This document shows positions 10,839 to 21,411 of a stretch of 32,000 nt of DNA, one piece after another (the stretch's first letter is position 1; every line of letters begins with the position of its first letter). The position numbers were made by a program, and so were the translations under genes. The notes below the pieces were generated by a model. It did no database searches, was not told the origin of the DNA, and saw nothing but the letters and a program-made list of their open reading frames with translations. The stretch is taken from the NCBI RefSeq assembly GCF_000011465.1, contig NC_005072.1, positions 630,001 through 662,000 of the forward strand, in the 5' to 3' direction. Origin of the DNA: Prochlorococcus marinus subsp. pastoris str. CCMP1986 (GTDB lineage: Bacteria; Cyanobacteriota; Cyanobacteriia; PCC-6307; Cyanobiaceae).

Positions 10839-11740
10839 CTGATTTTTTTTAATTTTCTCGCGATTACCTCGATATTTTTATAGTCACTAGATTCTGCTTC
10901 TATAAATTTTTTTGCGTTGAACATATCTAATATCTTTTTATTTTCTTTATTTTTAATATCCAAATTAAGAATTGTAGATTTAAGTTCTTTAGTAAAACCT
11001 TTTCGAAATCTATTATCAAGATTTCCTTGAGCAACCCAATGATAGTCAACATAATCAGGAGTAATCCAAAAAAGATTTACATTTTTTGTTCTTTTAGGAT
11101 TATTTTTAAGATTATTTTCCCACACTTGTTTATTTAAAGCTCCTGCATCAAAGGCCCCACTATTAACTAAAGCGATAGTTGCATCATGACTACCGCTAAA
11201 TCCTACTCTTTTTCCTTTAAAGTTTTCTATTTTTATTCCAGCATCATTAAGGTAATATTCTGGCATTAACCTTCCAGATGTTGAATTTTCAGAACCAAAA
11301 ATAAATCTTAGATTCTTGAGCTTTTTAAGTCCATTTTTATTGGAAATTGAATCAAGTTTTAATTTCTTATTCACAATAAAAACGCTTTTAAATTCTTTAT
11401 CAATATCTCGTTGAGCAATCACAATTGCATTAGGGGTTTGTAATCTTGCCTGAACTCCGGATAAACCACCAAACCATACTAAATCTAAATCATTTGCTCT
11501 AAATCCAGTAACCGCAGCAACATAATTAATAACGGGAATATACTTTACCTTTACATCTAGAGTCTTGGCTAATTCTTTTGCAAACAAATTAAATCTTTTG
11601 TCTAACACCTCTTGATTTTGATCAGGAATTGCCCCAATCTTTAAAACTTTTGGATTCGCATTCAAAGGTGATGAAAGAATCGCAAAAAAAATAGTAGAGG
11701 TTACAACTATCTTTTTGATGTTAATAAAAATCTTATTCAT
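10835..11740 (-). CDS. phnD: Phosphonate/phosphite-type ABC transporter substrate-binding protein
   Basis: 301 aa; signal peptide then KIGAIPDQNQE...DLVWFGGLSGVQAR...IFGSENSTSGRLMPEYYL; 4-nt overlap with phnC. Confidence 0.88.
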   Translation of the reverse strand: MNKIFINIKKIVVTSTIFFAILSSPLNANPKVLKIGAIPDQNQEVLDKRFNLFAKELAKTLDVKVKYIPVINYVAAVTGFRANDLDLVWFGGLSGVQARLQTPNAIVIAQRDIDKEFKSVFIVNKKLKLDSISNKNGLKKLKNLRFIFGSENSTSGRLMPEYYLNDAGIKIENFKGKRVGFSGSHDATIALVNSGAFDAGALNKQVWENNLKNNPKRTKNVNLFWITPDYVDYHWVAQGNLDNRFRKGFTKELKSTILNLDIKNKENKKILDMFNAKKFIEAESSDYKNIEVIARKLKKIR

Positions 11741-12922
11741 TTAAAAGTAATAATTTAAAATCCCTTTCTCTAATCTTGTTAAGCCATCAAGAATCTTTTC
11801 TTTTGAAGAGGCACAAGATATCCTAATACATTGATCATCACCAAAAGGTTTTCCAGGCACCACCACTAAACCATAATCATTAAGAATTCTTTTGCAAAAC
11901 TCTACAGAAGTCATGGAGTTATTAGGTAATCTAGGAAATGCATAAAAAGCTCCATTAGGTGGAGATATAAATAGTCCTTCGATATTTTTTAGCCCTTTAT
12001 AAAGGACTTCTCTTCTTAGATCATAATGGCTATTGATTTCTAAGAAAAATTCTCGGTTTATTTTTAAAGCCTCTAGAGCACCTCTTTGAACGAAAGAACA
12101 AACATTACTTGTACTTTGGCTTTGTAAGGCTGATGATGCTTTAATAACATCTTTTTGTCCTACTAAATAACCAACTCTCCACCCAGTCATTGCCCAACCC
12201 TTTGCAAAACCATTAATTATAAAAATTCTTTCTTTTAAGTCAGTTGCTAGTGAAGCTAAACTTAAATGCTTAAATTCTTTTTTAAGAATTAATTCGTAAA
12301 TCTCATCTGAAAGAATATTAATATTTTTGTTTTCTCTTACTAATTCTGCAATTTGTAACAACTCTTCTTTTGGCATTACTCTACCAGTTGGATTGTTGGG
12401 AGAATTAATAATTATAAATTTCGTTTTTGGAGATATCTTAGATTTTAAATCTTGTATATTTATTTTGAATCCATCTTCAGCAGAAGAATTTAGGAATACA
12501 GGCTTTCCCCCTGCCAATCTAACCATCTGAGGATAGCTTAACCAATAAGGAGCAGGTATAATCACTTCGTCCCCATCATTCAATAAAACCTGGAAAAGAT
12601 TATAAATTGACTGTTTTGCTCCATTTGTTACCATTACATTTTCATATTCAACATTTAAATTGTTTTGGGTTTGAAGTTTTTCAGCAATGGCTTTTCTAAG
12701 TTCTAAATCTCCTGAGGCAGGACCATATTTTGTATATCCATCAAATATAGCCTCACTTGTTGCTTTTAATATTTCATTGGGAGCATCAAAGTCTGGTTCT
12801 CCAGCACTTAAATTACAGATGTCTTTTCCCTCTTTTGCGAGTTGGTTAGCTTTAGCACTTATCTGCAGAGTAAGTGAAGGCTCAATAGAGAGTGCTCTTT
12901 TTGATAAATTTACTTCACTCAT
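11741..12922 (-). CDS. aspC: Class I/II pyridoxal-phosphate aminotransferase (aspartate aminotransferase-like)
   Basis: 393 aa; NLSAGEPDFDAP, NSPNNPTGRVMP, PLP-lysine region NGFAKGWAMTGWRVGY. Confidence 0.88.
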   Translation of the reverse strand: MSEVNLSKRALSIEPSLTLQISAKANQLAKEGKDICNLSAGEPDFDAPNEILKATSEAIFDGYTKYGPASGDLELRKAIAEKLQTQNNLNVEYENVMVTNGAKQSIYNLFQVLLNDGDEVIIPAPYWLSYPQMVRLAGGKPVFLNSSAEDGFKINIQDLKSKISPKTKFIIINSPNNPTGRVMPKEELLQIAELVRENKNINILSDEIYELILKKEFKHLSLASLATDLKERIFIINGFAKGWAMTGWRVGYLVGQKDVIKASSALQSQSTSNVCSFVQRGALEALKINREFFLEINSHYDLRREVLYKGLKNIEGLFISPPNGAFYAFPRLPNNSMTSVEFCKRILNDYGLVVVPGKPFGDDQCIRISCASSKEKILDGLTRLEKGILNYYF

Positions 12923-13156
12923 TTGATCTAAAGTTCTTTAAATATAACTTTTGAAAAATTTATTTTATTAATAAATTAAGAATAAGTAAAGGTATCACAG
13001 ATTGGTTTAATTTGGTTCATTTTCTTAATTTAATTTATTTTCGTATTGTCTTTTATGAAAAATTAAAATGTGGAGTGAAGAATCATATAGTTATTATTAT
13101 TTTTTTAATCATTTTTAGTTTTAATATTATTTATAAGCTTTGAACTTAAATTTGCT

Positions 13157-13660
13157 TTGAAAAGATTAGTCATTAGTAGAGGTAATGTATTTGCAAATTT
13201 ATTAATTATTGGGGAAGCACCTGGTGCTCTAGAAGACTTAGAGGGAGAGCCTTATGTTGGTAGATCAGGGAAATTGTTAGATGAACTATTAATAGAAGCA
13301 GGAATTGACTTACAAAAGGATGTATATTTTTGTAATGTAATTAAATGTCGTCCTCCAAACAATAGAAAACCAACTAATAAGGAAATAAATATTCATAAAC
13401 CATGGTTAATGCAGCAAATTAAACTAGTAGATCCAAAATTTATTATTTTAACCGGTTCGACTGCTATGAGAACTATTTTGGAAATAAAGAATCCAATTTC
13501 TAAAACAAGAGGAAAATGGTTTAAGAAAGGTGGGAGAGAAATTATTACTATTTTTCACCCATCTTATTTGTTGAGATTCTCTTCAAAAGATGTTGAAAAA
13601 CCATATGATCTAACTTTAAAAGACCTTAAGAAGGTTAGTAGTAAACTATATGCTTTATAA
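13157..13660 (+). CDS. Uracil-DNA glycosylase, family 4 (Fe-S type)
   Basis: 167 aa; LLIIGEAPGALEDLEGEPYVGRSGKLLDELL, YFCNVIKCRPPNNRKP, FHPSYLLR. TTG start; exact N-terminus uncertain. Confidence 0.87.
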   Translation: MKRLVISRGNVFANLLIIGEAPGALEDLEGEPYVGRSGKLLDELLIEAGIDLQKDVYFCNVIKCRPPNNRKPTNKEINIHKPWLMQQIKLVDPKFIILTGSTAMRTILEIKNPISKTRGKWFKKGGREIITIFHPSYLLRFSSKDVEKPYDLTLKDLKKVSSKLYAL

Positions 13661-13693
13661 TTTAAGTAAGATTTTTTGAATTTCTAGAATTTA

Positions 13694-14911
13694 ATGTCAC
13701 TTACTCAATCAAAAGAGGTGAATAGTCTCTCAAGGAGATATTCAACTTATATTGAGAGAAGGATAACTAGAACAGTAATGGTTGGGGATATCGCAATTGG
13801 TAGTGATTATCCAGTAAGAGTTCAATCGATGATAAATGAAGATACCATGGATGTGGATAATTCTTATTTAGCAATTAAAAGACTTCATGAAGTTGGATGC
13901 GAAATAGTAAGACTAACTGTTCCTTCTCTAGCTCATGCAAAGGCTGTTGGGGATATTAAAGAAAAATTAATAAAAAATAATATAGATACCCCCTTAGTTG
14001 CAGATGTTCATCACAATGGAATGAAAATTGCAATGGAGGTTGCAAAACATGTTGATAAAGTAAGAATTAATCCAGGATTATTTGTTTTTGAGAAATCAGA
14101 TCCTACAAGGACTGAATATACTGACACTGAGTTTGAGACTATTAAAAAAACAATTCTTAAAAGATTTACTCCACTTGTAGAAGTTTTAAAGTCCGAGAAT
14201 AAAGCTTTAAGAATTGGAGTTAATCATGGATCTTTATCCGAGAGGATGCTCTTTACTTATGGAGATACACCTTTAGGGATGACAGAATCTGCAATGGAAT
14301 TCGTCAAAATCTGCGATGAGCTTGATTTTCATAACATCATTATTTCTATGAAAGCATCAAGAGCACCAGTGATGTTAGCTGCATATAGAATGATTGCAGA
14401 TAGATTAGATGCAGAAGGATATAACTACCCTTTGCATTTGGGTGTTACTGAAGCAGGAGATGGTGATTATGGAAGGATTAAGAGTACTGCAGGTATAGGA
14501 ACACTTCTTGCTGAAGGTCTTGGAGATACTATCAGAGTTTCTCTAACTGAAGCTCCTGAAAAGGAGATTCCAGTATGCTATTCAATTTTGCAATCTTTAG
14601 GATTGCGAAAAACAATGGTTGAATATATAAGTTGTCCTAGCTGTGGTAGAACGCTTTTTAATTTAGAGGAGGTTGTAGATAAAGTGAGGAAAGCCACTTC
14701 CCATTTGACTGGTTTAGACATAGCAATAATGGGTTGTATAGTAAATGGTCCAGGAGAAATGGCAGATGCTGATTACGGTTATGTAGGCAAAGGTAAAGGT
14801 ACAATTGCTCTCTACAGAAGAAAAGAAGAGATAAAAAGAGTACCTGAGGATGAAGGGGTTGATGCTTTAATTCGGCTCATTAAAGATGATGGGAAATGGA
14901 TTGATCCCTAA
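13694..14911 (+). CDS. ispG: 4-hydroxy-3-methylbut-2-enyl diphosphate synthase
   Basis: 405 aa; [50 protein letters not shown]. Confidence 0.95.
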   Translation: MSLTQSKEVNSLSRRYSTYIERRITRTVMVGDIAIGSDYPVRVQSMINEDTMDVDNSYLAIKRLHEVGCEIVRLTVPSLAHAKAVGDIKEKLIKNNIDTPLVADVHHNGMKIAMEVAKHVDKVRINPGLFVFEKSDPTRTEYTDTEFETIKKTILKRFTPLVEVLKSENKALRIGVNHGSLSERMLFTYGDTPLGMTESAMEFVKICDELDFHNIIISMKASRAPVMLAAYRMIADRLDAEGYNYPLHLGVTEAGDGDYGRIKSTAGIGTLLAEGLGDTIRVSLTEAPEKEIPVCYSILQSLGLRKTMVEYISCPSCGRTLFNLEEVVDKVRKATSHLTGLDIAIMGCIVNGPGEMADADYGYVGKGKGTIALYRRKEEIKRVPEDEGVDALIRLIKDDGKWIDP

Positions 14912-14967
14912 ACTTATTTTTAATTTATAATTTAATCAATAGAAAAATTAATGCTTATTACCGACCC

Positions 14968-16302
14968 TTGAAAATAAAAAAATTGTTTAAAAATAAACTT
15001 ATCTTTTTAATAGTGACAACTTTTTCTGGGCTATTGGTGAGTAATCATTCAAAGGCGACAATTTTAGAAAATAACTATAAAGAGGTTATTGATCACGTTT
15101 GGCAAATAGTATATAGAGACTTCCTTGATTCAAGTGGGAAATTTGAGAGATCTAATTGGATTAATTTAAGAAAGGAATTTTTAGCAAAAAAATATTCAGA
15201 TAATAATGAAGCTTATGATGCAATTAGAGATATGCTTTCAAATTTAGATGACCCATATACAAGATTTCTAGACCCAAAAGAATTTAATCAAATGAGAATA
15301 GATACTTCAGGAGAATTAACTGGAGTCGGAATACAAATTGCTAAAGATAATGAATCTGATTCTATAATTATTATTTCTCCTATAGAGGGAACTCCTGCTT
15401 ATGAGGCTGGAATTAAAGCTAAAGATATTATTTTATCAATCGATAATGTATCTACTAAAGGGTTGAATATTGAGGATGCAGTTAAATTAATAAGGGGCAG
15501 AAGGGGTACAAAAGTTAAACTTGAAATCCTAAGAAATGGGAATTCTTTTTACAAGTCCTTATTAAGAGAAAGGATAGAATTAAAATCAGTGACAAGCAAA
15601 ATCAATAAAACTAAAGATGGATTATTAATAGGTTACGTTAGATTAAAGCAGTTTAATGCTAATGCATCAAGAGAGATGAAAGATACATTAAAAGATTTAG
15701 AAATAAAAAAAGTTTCTGGATATGTTCTTGATTTAAGAAGTAATCCCGGAGGATTATTAGAATCTAGTATTGATATTTCTCGTCAATTTATTGATAAAGG
15801 CATAATCGTAAGCACCTTATCTAAAGATGGTTTGAGAGAAACAAAAAGAGGAAATGGTAAGGCTTTAACAAAAAAACCTTTAATTGTACTTGTCAATGAA
15901 GGTTCGGCGAGTGCAAGTGAAATAGTCTCCGGAGCAATAAGAGATAATAACAGAGGTAAATTAGTAGGTAAGAAAACTTTCGGCAAAGGCCTTGTTCAGT
16001 CTATGCGAACTTTGGTGGATGGTTCAGGGTTAACAGTTACGGTGGCAAAATACTTAACTCCCAATGGAACGGATATAAATAAGTTTGGAATTACTCCGGA
16101 TATAGAAGTCAAGATGAATTCCAATCCAATTCTTCAAAGAGAAATTGGTACTAAAAGAGATAGACAATATAGAGCTGGTGAGAAAGAACTTCTTAAAATT
16201 ATTAAAAAAACTAAATTAGTAAGTCAGTTTCAACCTGATTCTGCAAATGTATTAGCTGTTTTTAAAAATAATGAAAATAATTTCGTTTATTCATTGAATT
16301 AG
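14968..16302 (+). CDS. ctp: Carboxyl-terminal processing protease (S41 family, PDZ domain)
   Basis: 444 aa; LDDPYTRFLDPKEF, PDZ region GIQIAKD..., catalytic VNEGSASASEIVSGAIRDNNRGKLVGKKTFGKGLVQ. Confidence 0.92.
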   Translation: MKIKKLFKNKLIFLIVTTFSGLLVSNHSKATILENNYKEVIDHVWQIVYRDFLDSSGKFERSNWINLRKEFLAKKYSDNNEAYDAIRDMLSNLDDPYTRFLDPKEFNQMRIDTSGELTGVGIQIAKDNESDSIIIISPIEGTPAYEAGIKAKDIILSIDNVSTKGLNIEDAVKLIRGRRGTKVKLEILRNGNSFYKSLLRERIELKSVTSKINKTKDGLLIGYVRLKQFNANASREMKDTLKDLEIKKVSGYVLDLRSNPGGLLESSIDISRQFIDKGIIVSTLSKDGLRETKRGNGKALTKKPLIVLVNEGSASASEIVSGAIRDNNRGKLVGKKTFGKGLVQSMRTLVDGSGLTVTVAKYLTPNGTDINKFGITPDIEVKMNSNPILQREIGTKRDRQYRAGEKELLKIIKKTKLVSQFQPDSANVLAVFKNNENNFVYSLN

Positions 16303-17213
16303 ATGCTCATATCCAGCATTCTTTTTATTGGTTTGTAAGCTTTTTTAATTATTTCAGGGTCTAATTCAATTGAAGGGGAATTGTTTTTTAAACAATCTAA
16401 AATTTTTTCTAATGTATTCAATTTCATATATGGACACTCATTACATTTACAACCATCAATATCTGGTACTTCAATAAAATTTTTATTAGGTTCTTTCTTT
16501 TTCATTTGATGAATTATCCCAGGTTCAGTTAAAACCATATAAGTATCAGAATAATCATTACTAACGAAATCTAATAACTTACTGGTTGAACCAATAAAAT
16601 CTGAAAGTACTAATAAATTTTGGCTGCACTCAGGATGGGCGATTACTTTTGCATCGGGATGTTTGTACTTTAATTTTAATAAGGCCTCTTCACTAAATGT
16701 TTCATGAACTATACAGCTGCCTGGCCAAAGTTTAAGTTTTCTTCCTGAGTTTTTTTGAACCCATCGACCAAGATTTTTATCTGGCGCAAATATAATTTTT
16801 TTATCTTTAGGAATTTTTTCTACTAATGAAACAGCATTGCTACTTGTGCAAATTAAATCACTTTGAGCTTTTACTTCTGCAGTACAGTTTATATAACTTA
16901 CAACATAATGATCAGGATTTTCTTCTCTAAATTTTTGAAACTCTTCTGCAGGACAATCATCAGCCAAGGAACAACCTGCATCAATATCAGGTAATAAAAC
17001 TGTTTTGTTTGGGCTAAGTATTTTCGCAGTTTCTGCCATAAAATGAACACCACAAAAAACTATTGTGTCTGCATCATTATTTGCTGCTTTCCTAGAGAGA
17101 TCTAAAGAATCTCCAATAAAATCAGCGATATCTTGAATTTCTGGCGCTTGATAATAATGAGCAAGAATTATCGCATTAGCTTTTAAGCAAAGCTCCTTAA
17201 TTTCAGAAATCAA
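16299..17213 (-). CDS. nadA: Quinolinate synthase
   Basis: 304 aa translation ILAHYYQAPEIQDIADFIGDSLDLS...FCGVHFMAETAKIL...PDIDAGCSLADDCP. It is encoded on the MINUS strand (stop is revcomp TTA at 16299-16301; TTG start at 17211-17213); the supplied track labels it +. Confidence 0.93.
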   Translation of the reverse strand: MISEIKELCLKANAIILAHYYQAPEIQDIADFIGDSLDLSRKAANNDADTIVFCGVHFMAETAKILSPNKTVLLPDIDAGCSLADDCPAEEFQKFREENPDHYVVSYINCTAEVKAQSDLICTSSNAVSLVEKIPKDKKIIFAPDKNLGRWVQKNSGRKLKLWPGSCIVHETFSEEALLKLKYKHPDAKVIAHPECSQNLLVLSDFIGSTSKLLDFVSNDYSDTYMVLTEPGIIHQMKKKEPNKNFIEVPDIDGCKCNECPYMKLNTLEKILDCLKNNSPSIELDPEIIKKAYKPIKRMLDMSI

Positions 17214-17294
17214 ATCTTTTTCATTTTGAATAGATTTCTGTTTTGCAGTAGAAGTTATACTGGTCAGGATTTACAATGTCTCTTAATAGATTAT

Positions 17295-18164
17295 ATGCCT
17301 TTAAATAGAAAAATTCTGACAAATTTAAAAATTGCTATTGTTGGTGACTGTCACGGTCAGTGGTCTGAGGCGGATATTGGGATTTTAGCGCTTATAAAAC
17401 CAGATATTGTCTTATTAATTGGAGATATTTCTGATGGTAGTATCAAAATAATAAAGAAGATTAATCTAATAAAAATTCCTACTTATGTGATTTTGGGAAA
17501 TCATGATCGAGGTAAAGACTCCACAGGAGAGACTCTTTTAAAACAGATTCGTATTTTGCAAGAAAAATATTGTGCTTGGGATTTGAAAATATTTAATAAT
17601 CAGTTAAATATTTTAAGTGCTAGGCCCTGTAGTTCAGGAGGTGGTTATTATCTTTCAAATGAGGTTAAAGCTGTTTATGGGCCCATAAGCGAACAAGAGT
17701 CAGTTAATAAAATCATTAAAAGTTCAGAAAAAAATATCAGAGAATTACCTCTTATTTTGATGTCACATGCAGGTCCTTCAGGCTTGGGATCAGACTCTAC
17801 AAGTATCTGTGGAAAAGATTGGAAAGAGCCTCCTTGTGACTGGGGAGATAGAGATTTAGCTGTTGCTATTTCAGAAATACAAAAAAAAAGAAAAATTGAC
17901 CTTGTCATTTTTGGACATATGCATAATCGTCTGAAAAGAAATAAAGGTTTGAGAAATATGTTCAAAATTGATAAAGAAGGTACAGCTTATTTGAATTCTG
18001 CAATAGTTCCGAGATATAAAAAAAATATAGAGGGCGAATTATTAGTAAACTTTTCATGGGTTGAGCTTGTAGATAGTGAAATTTCACATATTTCTCACAG
18101 ATGGTATTCAGAGTCAGGGGAGATATCTGAAGAAGAAATACTTTTTAGAAATGGAGATTTTTAG
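17295..18164 (+). CDS. Calcineurin-like metallophosphoesterase (TIGR04168-like cyanobacterial family)
   Basis: ATG at 17295 gives MPLNRKILTNLKIAIVGDCHGQWSEADI...VLLIGDISDG...VILGNHDRGKD...LVIFGHMHNRL. The track ORF starts at an upstream TTG (17226). Confidence 0.83.
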   Translation: MPLNRKILTNLKIAIVGDCHGQWSEADIGILALIKPDIVLLIGDISDGSIKIIKKINLIKIPTYVILGNHDRGKDSTGETLLKQIRILQEKYCAWDLKIFNNQLNILSARPCSSGGGYYLSNEVKAVYGPISEQESVNKIIKSSEKNIRELPLILMSHAGPSGLGSDSTSICGKDWKEPPCDWGDRDLAVAISEIQKKRKIDLVIFGHMHNRLKRNKGLRNMFKIDKEGTAYLNSAIVPRYKKNIEGELLVNFSWVELVDSEISHISHRWYSESGEISEEEILFRNGDF

Positions 18165-18172
18165 CAGGATTT

Positions 18173-18970
18173 TTAACTTTTTTTCGGTTTCTCATATCTA
18201 GAGAATACGGTTTGTGATAAAAGGTATCCTGCAATTGCTGCTGCAGCAAAGGCAAGTCCATTTTTGAATAACGGTAATACTTCGCTTGTTCTAGAAATTA
18301 TTGGTGCCAAACCAAAAATGCCAAATAGCATTCCCCATAAAGGAGAAAGAAGAGCTAAAAATCCAATTGATATGATTTGACCCTCTTTTCTTGGGGCGGC
18401 AGCAAATCCTGCCACTAATCCTCCTAAGATAGAAGTACACAAAGTCCATATATATTGTTCTTTTGGTAATCCAGGAACAACCTGGCAACCTCCTCTATCA
18501 AGACAAATTTTTACTGAATTAATTGCATCTAATACTGCTCCATCTTCTCCATGATCTTTTACATAATATTGATTTCCGAATCTTGTTTGAAGTTCCACCC
18601 AAAATAATCTTGGCATGAAAGCAAAATATGCTTCACCAACATTAAAATTTAATAAATTACCTCCTCTAGGATCTGCAATTACTAATAAACTTGTTTCATC
18701 TAAATCCCAATAATCTTTAATAGCAATTCCAGGGACACTTTCGAATTGAGATAAATATTTAATCTTCCAACCACTTTCCTTTTCTAAGTTATTAAGATTT
18801 TCCTCTAAAGATTTTTTCTGATTTGGACTTAATGTCTTAGCTAAATCAATAACAGGTGTTTTTTCTTCAGGTAAAAGATTTGGATTATTAATAGCAAAAG
18901 AAGGTTCATTAAAAATTAAAATTACTATAGATAGAAATATTCCTAAGAAATAGTTAATCTTTGAATGCAT
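18173..18970 (-). CDS. TPM-domain (DUF477) protein, Psb32-like
   Basis: Start taken at internal ATG (18968-18970) MHSKINYFLG before a signal peptide; track start is upstream GTG (19000). ...IDLAKTLSPNQKKSLEENLNNLEKESGWKIKYLS...LVIADPRGGNLLNFNVGEAYF; C-terminal membrane segments. Confidence 0.78.
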   Translation of the reverse strand: MHSKINYFLGIFLSIVILIFNEPSFAINNPNLLPEEKTPVIDLAKTLSPNQKKSLEENLNNLEKESGWKIKYLSQFESVPGIAIKDYWDLDETSLLVIADPRGGNLLNFNVGEAYFAFMPRLFWVELQTRFGNQYYVKDHGEDGAVLDAINSVKICLDRGGCQVVPGLPKEQYIWTLCTSILGGLVAGFAAAPRKEGQIISIGFLALLSPLWGMLFGIFGLAPIISRTSEVLPLFKNGLAFAAAAIAGYLLSQTVFSRYEKPKKS

Positions 18971-19002
18971 AAAAGTTTTTTTGTCTTTATATATTTTCAC
19001 CG

Positions 19003-20193
19003 ATGGAAAGCCTACCCGCGAATAATCAAGAATGGTTAATAAAAAAAATAATAAAAAAGGGAGGAACTATAAGTTTTTATGACTATATGGACATCGTTTT
19101 GAATGACCTAAATAATGGATACTATGGAAGTGGTAAAGCTAATTTAGGCTCTAAGGGCGATTTTGTTACTTCGCCTTCAATGTCAGATGACTTCGCGTTT
19201 TTGTTATCGAAACAAATTTATGAATGGTTGATACAGGTAAAAAGTAAATCAAATTGTGATGATAAGTTATCAGTGATTGAGTTTGGAGCAGGAGACGGCA
19301 GTCTTATGAGTGGTCTCCTTGAATATTTCTTTATTAACGATAAAAAAATATTAAAAAATGTTTGTTTTATCATTATTGAGCCAAATAAAGGAATGATAAA
19401 AAAACAGCAAAAGAAATTAGAAAAATATTTAAAACTGGGTTTTGATATATTATGGAGATGTTTAGAGGACTTGGAAGATAGAAGTTTAAATGGGGTTGTA
19501 TTAGCTAATGAGGTACTTGATGCTTTGCCAGTAGAAAGAATAATAAATTTAAAAGGTAAAATGCAACGGCAAGGAGTCTCTATAGATAAGAAATCAGGAA
19601 GATTGTTCTTTGAAGCAATTTCAATTACAAAAGAATTAGAAAAAAGTATTGCCTCTGCTCAGGAAAAATTAGATATTAATATTCCTCCTAAATATGCTCC
19701 AGAAGGATGGACTACCGAATGGCATATAGATAATAAAAAATGGTTAATGGCTATTTATGCAAAAATCAATAATGGAATTTTATTAATAATTGACTATGCC
19801 AAAGAAGCTAAAAGATATTATTCATTGGGTAATAATAATGGGACATTAATTTCCTATAAAAACCAAAAAATTGTAGAAAATATTTTTGAGTCTCCAGGGG
19901 ATTGTGATTTAACGTCTCATGTTTGTATTGAAAGTTTAATTTATGATTCGGAAACTTTAGGTTTTGAAACTATTGGAATAGTCAAACAAGGAGAGGCATT
20001 ATTATCACTTGGTTTAGCCGAAAGACTTTTTGAAATTCAGAATGAACTAAAGGACGATATCTCAAAAGCTCTTTCTAGAAGAGAAGCCTTGTTGAGATTA
20101 GTTGACCCAATCTGTTTAGGAGATTTTAAATGGTTTGTTTTTAGCAAATTTAATAATAAGAAATTTAAAATAAATTCACTCTGTATTCGCTAA
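19003..20193 (+). CDS. MidA-like SAM-dependent methyltransferase (COG1565/DUF185)
   Basis: 396 aa; [21 protein letters not shown]...[20 protein letters not shown]...[12 protein letters not shown]...[15 protein letters not shown]. Confidence 0.87.
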   Translation: MESLPANNQEWLIKKIIKKGGTISFYDYMDIVLNDLNNGYYGSGKANLGSKGDFVTSPSMSDDFAFLLSKQIYEWLIQVKSKSNCDDKLSVIEFGAGDGSLMSGLLEYFFINDKKILKNVCFIIIEPNKGMIKKQQKKLEKYLKLGFDILWRCLEDLEDRSLNGVVLANEVLDALPVERIINLKGKMQRQGVSIDKKSGRLFFEAISITKELEKSIASAQEKLDINIPPKYAPEGWTTEWHIDNKKWLMAIYAKINNGILLIIDYAKEAKRYYSLGNNNGTLISYKNQKIVENIFESPGDCDLTSHVCIESLIYDSETLGFETIGIVKQGEALLSLGLAERLFEIQNELKDDISKALSRREALLRLVDPICLGDFKWFVFSKFNNKKFKINSLCIR

Positions 20194-21281
20194 TTGAAAT
20201 ATTTTAGGAATTGCGATTCATTTATATCATTAAATATATCAACTTCTCCAAGCTCTATAGGTAATATAAATCTCATTTTCCCATTACGTACTTTTTTATC
20301 ACCCATAAGTATTTTCATTACGTCATTCTTTTTGATTTTAGGTGTTTGTATTGGTAGACCATAGCTTTCAATAAGATGATCTTGCCTTAAAGAATGCTCT
20401 TTTGACCACAAGTTCTTTTCAGTCGCAATATCTCCTGCAATTTTCATTCCAATCGAGATGGCTTCGCCATGTAAATACTCTCCATATCCGCACAAATTTT
20501 CTATTACGTGGCCAAAGGAATGACCATAATTTAATATTGCTCGAATTCCATTTTCTTTCTCGTCTTCAGAAACTATACAAGCCTTAGTTTTAATTGATTT
20601 ATTGATTATTTTTATTAATGATTCGTTCTCGAGATTGAGGATTTTATCTCTATTCTTTTCATTTTCTAAGTATTCGAAAAGTGATTTATCTTTTATGACG
20701 CCATATTTGATAACTTCCGCCATACCTGCCTTGAATTCCCTCGTTGGTAAAGTTATTAGAGTTTCAGGGTCAATAAAAACTGCTTTTGGCTGATAAAAAG
20801 CTCCTATTAGATTTTTCCCTTTAGGATGATTAACCGCTGTTTTACCACCTACAGATGAATCAACCATAGATAATAATGTTGTAGGGATTTGAATATATTC
20901 AATACCTCTTAACCATGTAGCGGCGGCAAAACCAGTGACATCCCCTACAATTCCGCCACCGAGTGCAATTAGTAGGGAATTCCTATCCAAACCAACCTCA
21001 AAAGCAGCATTAAATATCTCACTTAAACTTGCAAAGTTCTTATGTGATTCTCCAGCTTTAATATTGAATATTTCAGCATTAAAATTATTCTTTTTTAAAT
21101 TATTAAGAAGTTTCCTCCCAAATAATGTTGAGATTTCTTTATTAGAAACTATAAGTATTTTTCTATTACTATTAATACCAATTCGGATTAGTTCTTCTCC
21201 AATGTTATTAATTAATCCTTGTTTTATAATAACTTCGTATGAATTATTACTTAGAGGAACTAGTATTTTGTTCTTATGCAC
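20190..21281 (-). CDS. aroB: 3-dehydroquinate synthase
   Basis: 363 aa; [60 protein letters not shown] and [11 protein letters not shown]. Confidence 0.95.
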   Translation of the reverse strand: MHKNKILVPLSNNSYEVIIKQGLINNIGEELIRIGINSNRKILIVSNKEISTLFGRKLLNNLKKNNFNAEIFNIKAGESHKNFASLSEIFNAAFEVGLDRNSLLIALGGGIVGDVTGFAAATWLRGIEYIQIPTTLLSMVDSSVGGKTAVNHPKGKNLIGAFYQPKAVFIDPETLITLPTREFKAGMAEVIKYGVIKDKSLFEYLENEKNRDKILNLENESLIKIINKSIKTKACIVSEDEKENGIRAILNYGHSFGHVIENLCGYGEYLHGEAISIGMKIAGDIATEKNLWSKEHSLRQDHLIESYGLPIQTPKIKKNDVMKILMGDKKVRNGKMRFILPIELGEVDIFNDINESQFLKYFN

Positions 21282-21411
21282 AGTAAATGTTTTAGAAGAG
21301 TTTTTTATTAATTTTAAAAATTGATTTTACTTATTCTAACCCTATCTTGACTTAAAAATTAGATTTAAATAATCAGTTGTTAAGAATTAAAAATCATAAT
21401 AAGATCATCAT

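Noticed and set aside
12327-12926. Plus-strand ORFs 12327..12530 and 12687..12926
   Set aside because: Antisense to the aminotransferase; shadow ORFs.
15783-15986. Minus-strand 67-aa ORF
   Set aside because: Antisense to the catalytic region of the C-terminal processing protease.
17675-18488. ORFs 17675..17965 (-) and 18291..18488 (-)
   Set aside because: The first is antisense to the metallophosphoesterase and the second is an alternative frame within the TPM-domain gene.
20402-21324. Plus-strand ORFs 20402..20587, 20602..20793, 20935..21324
   Set aside because: Antisense to aroB; they lack any recognisable protein features.
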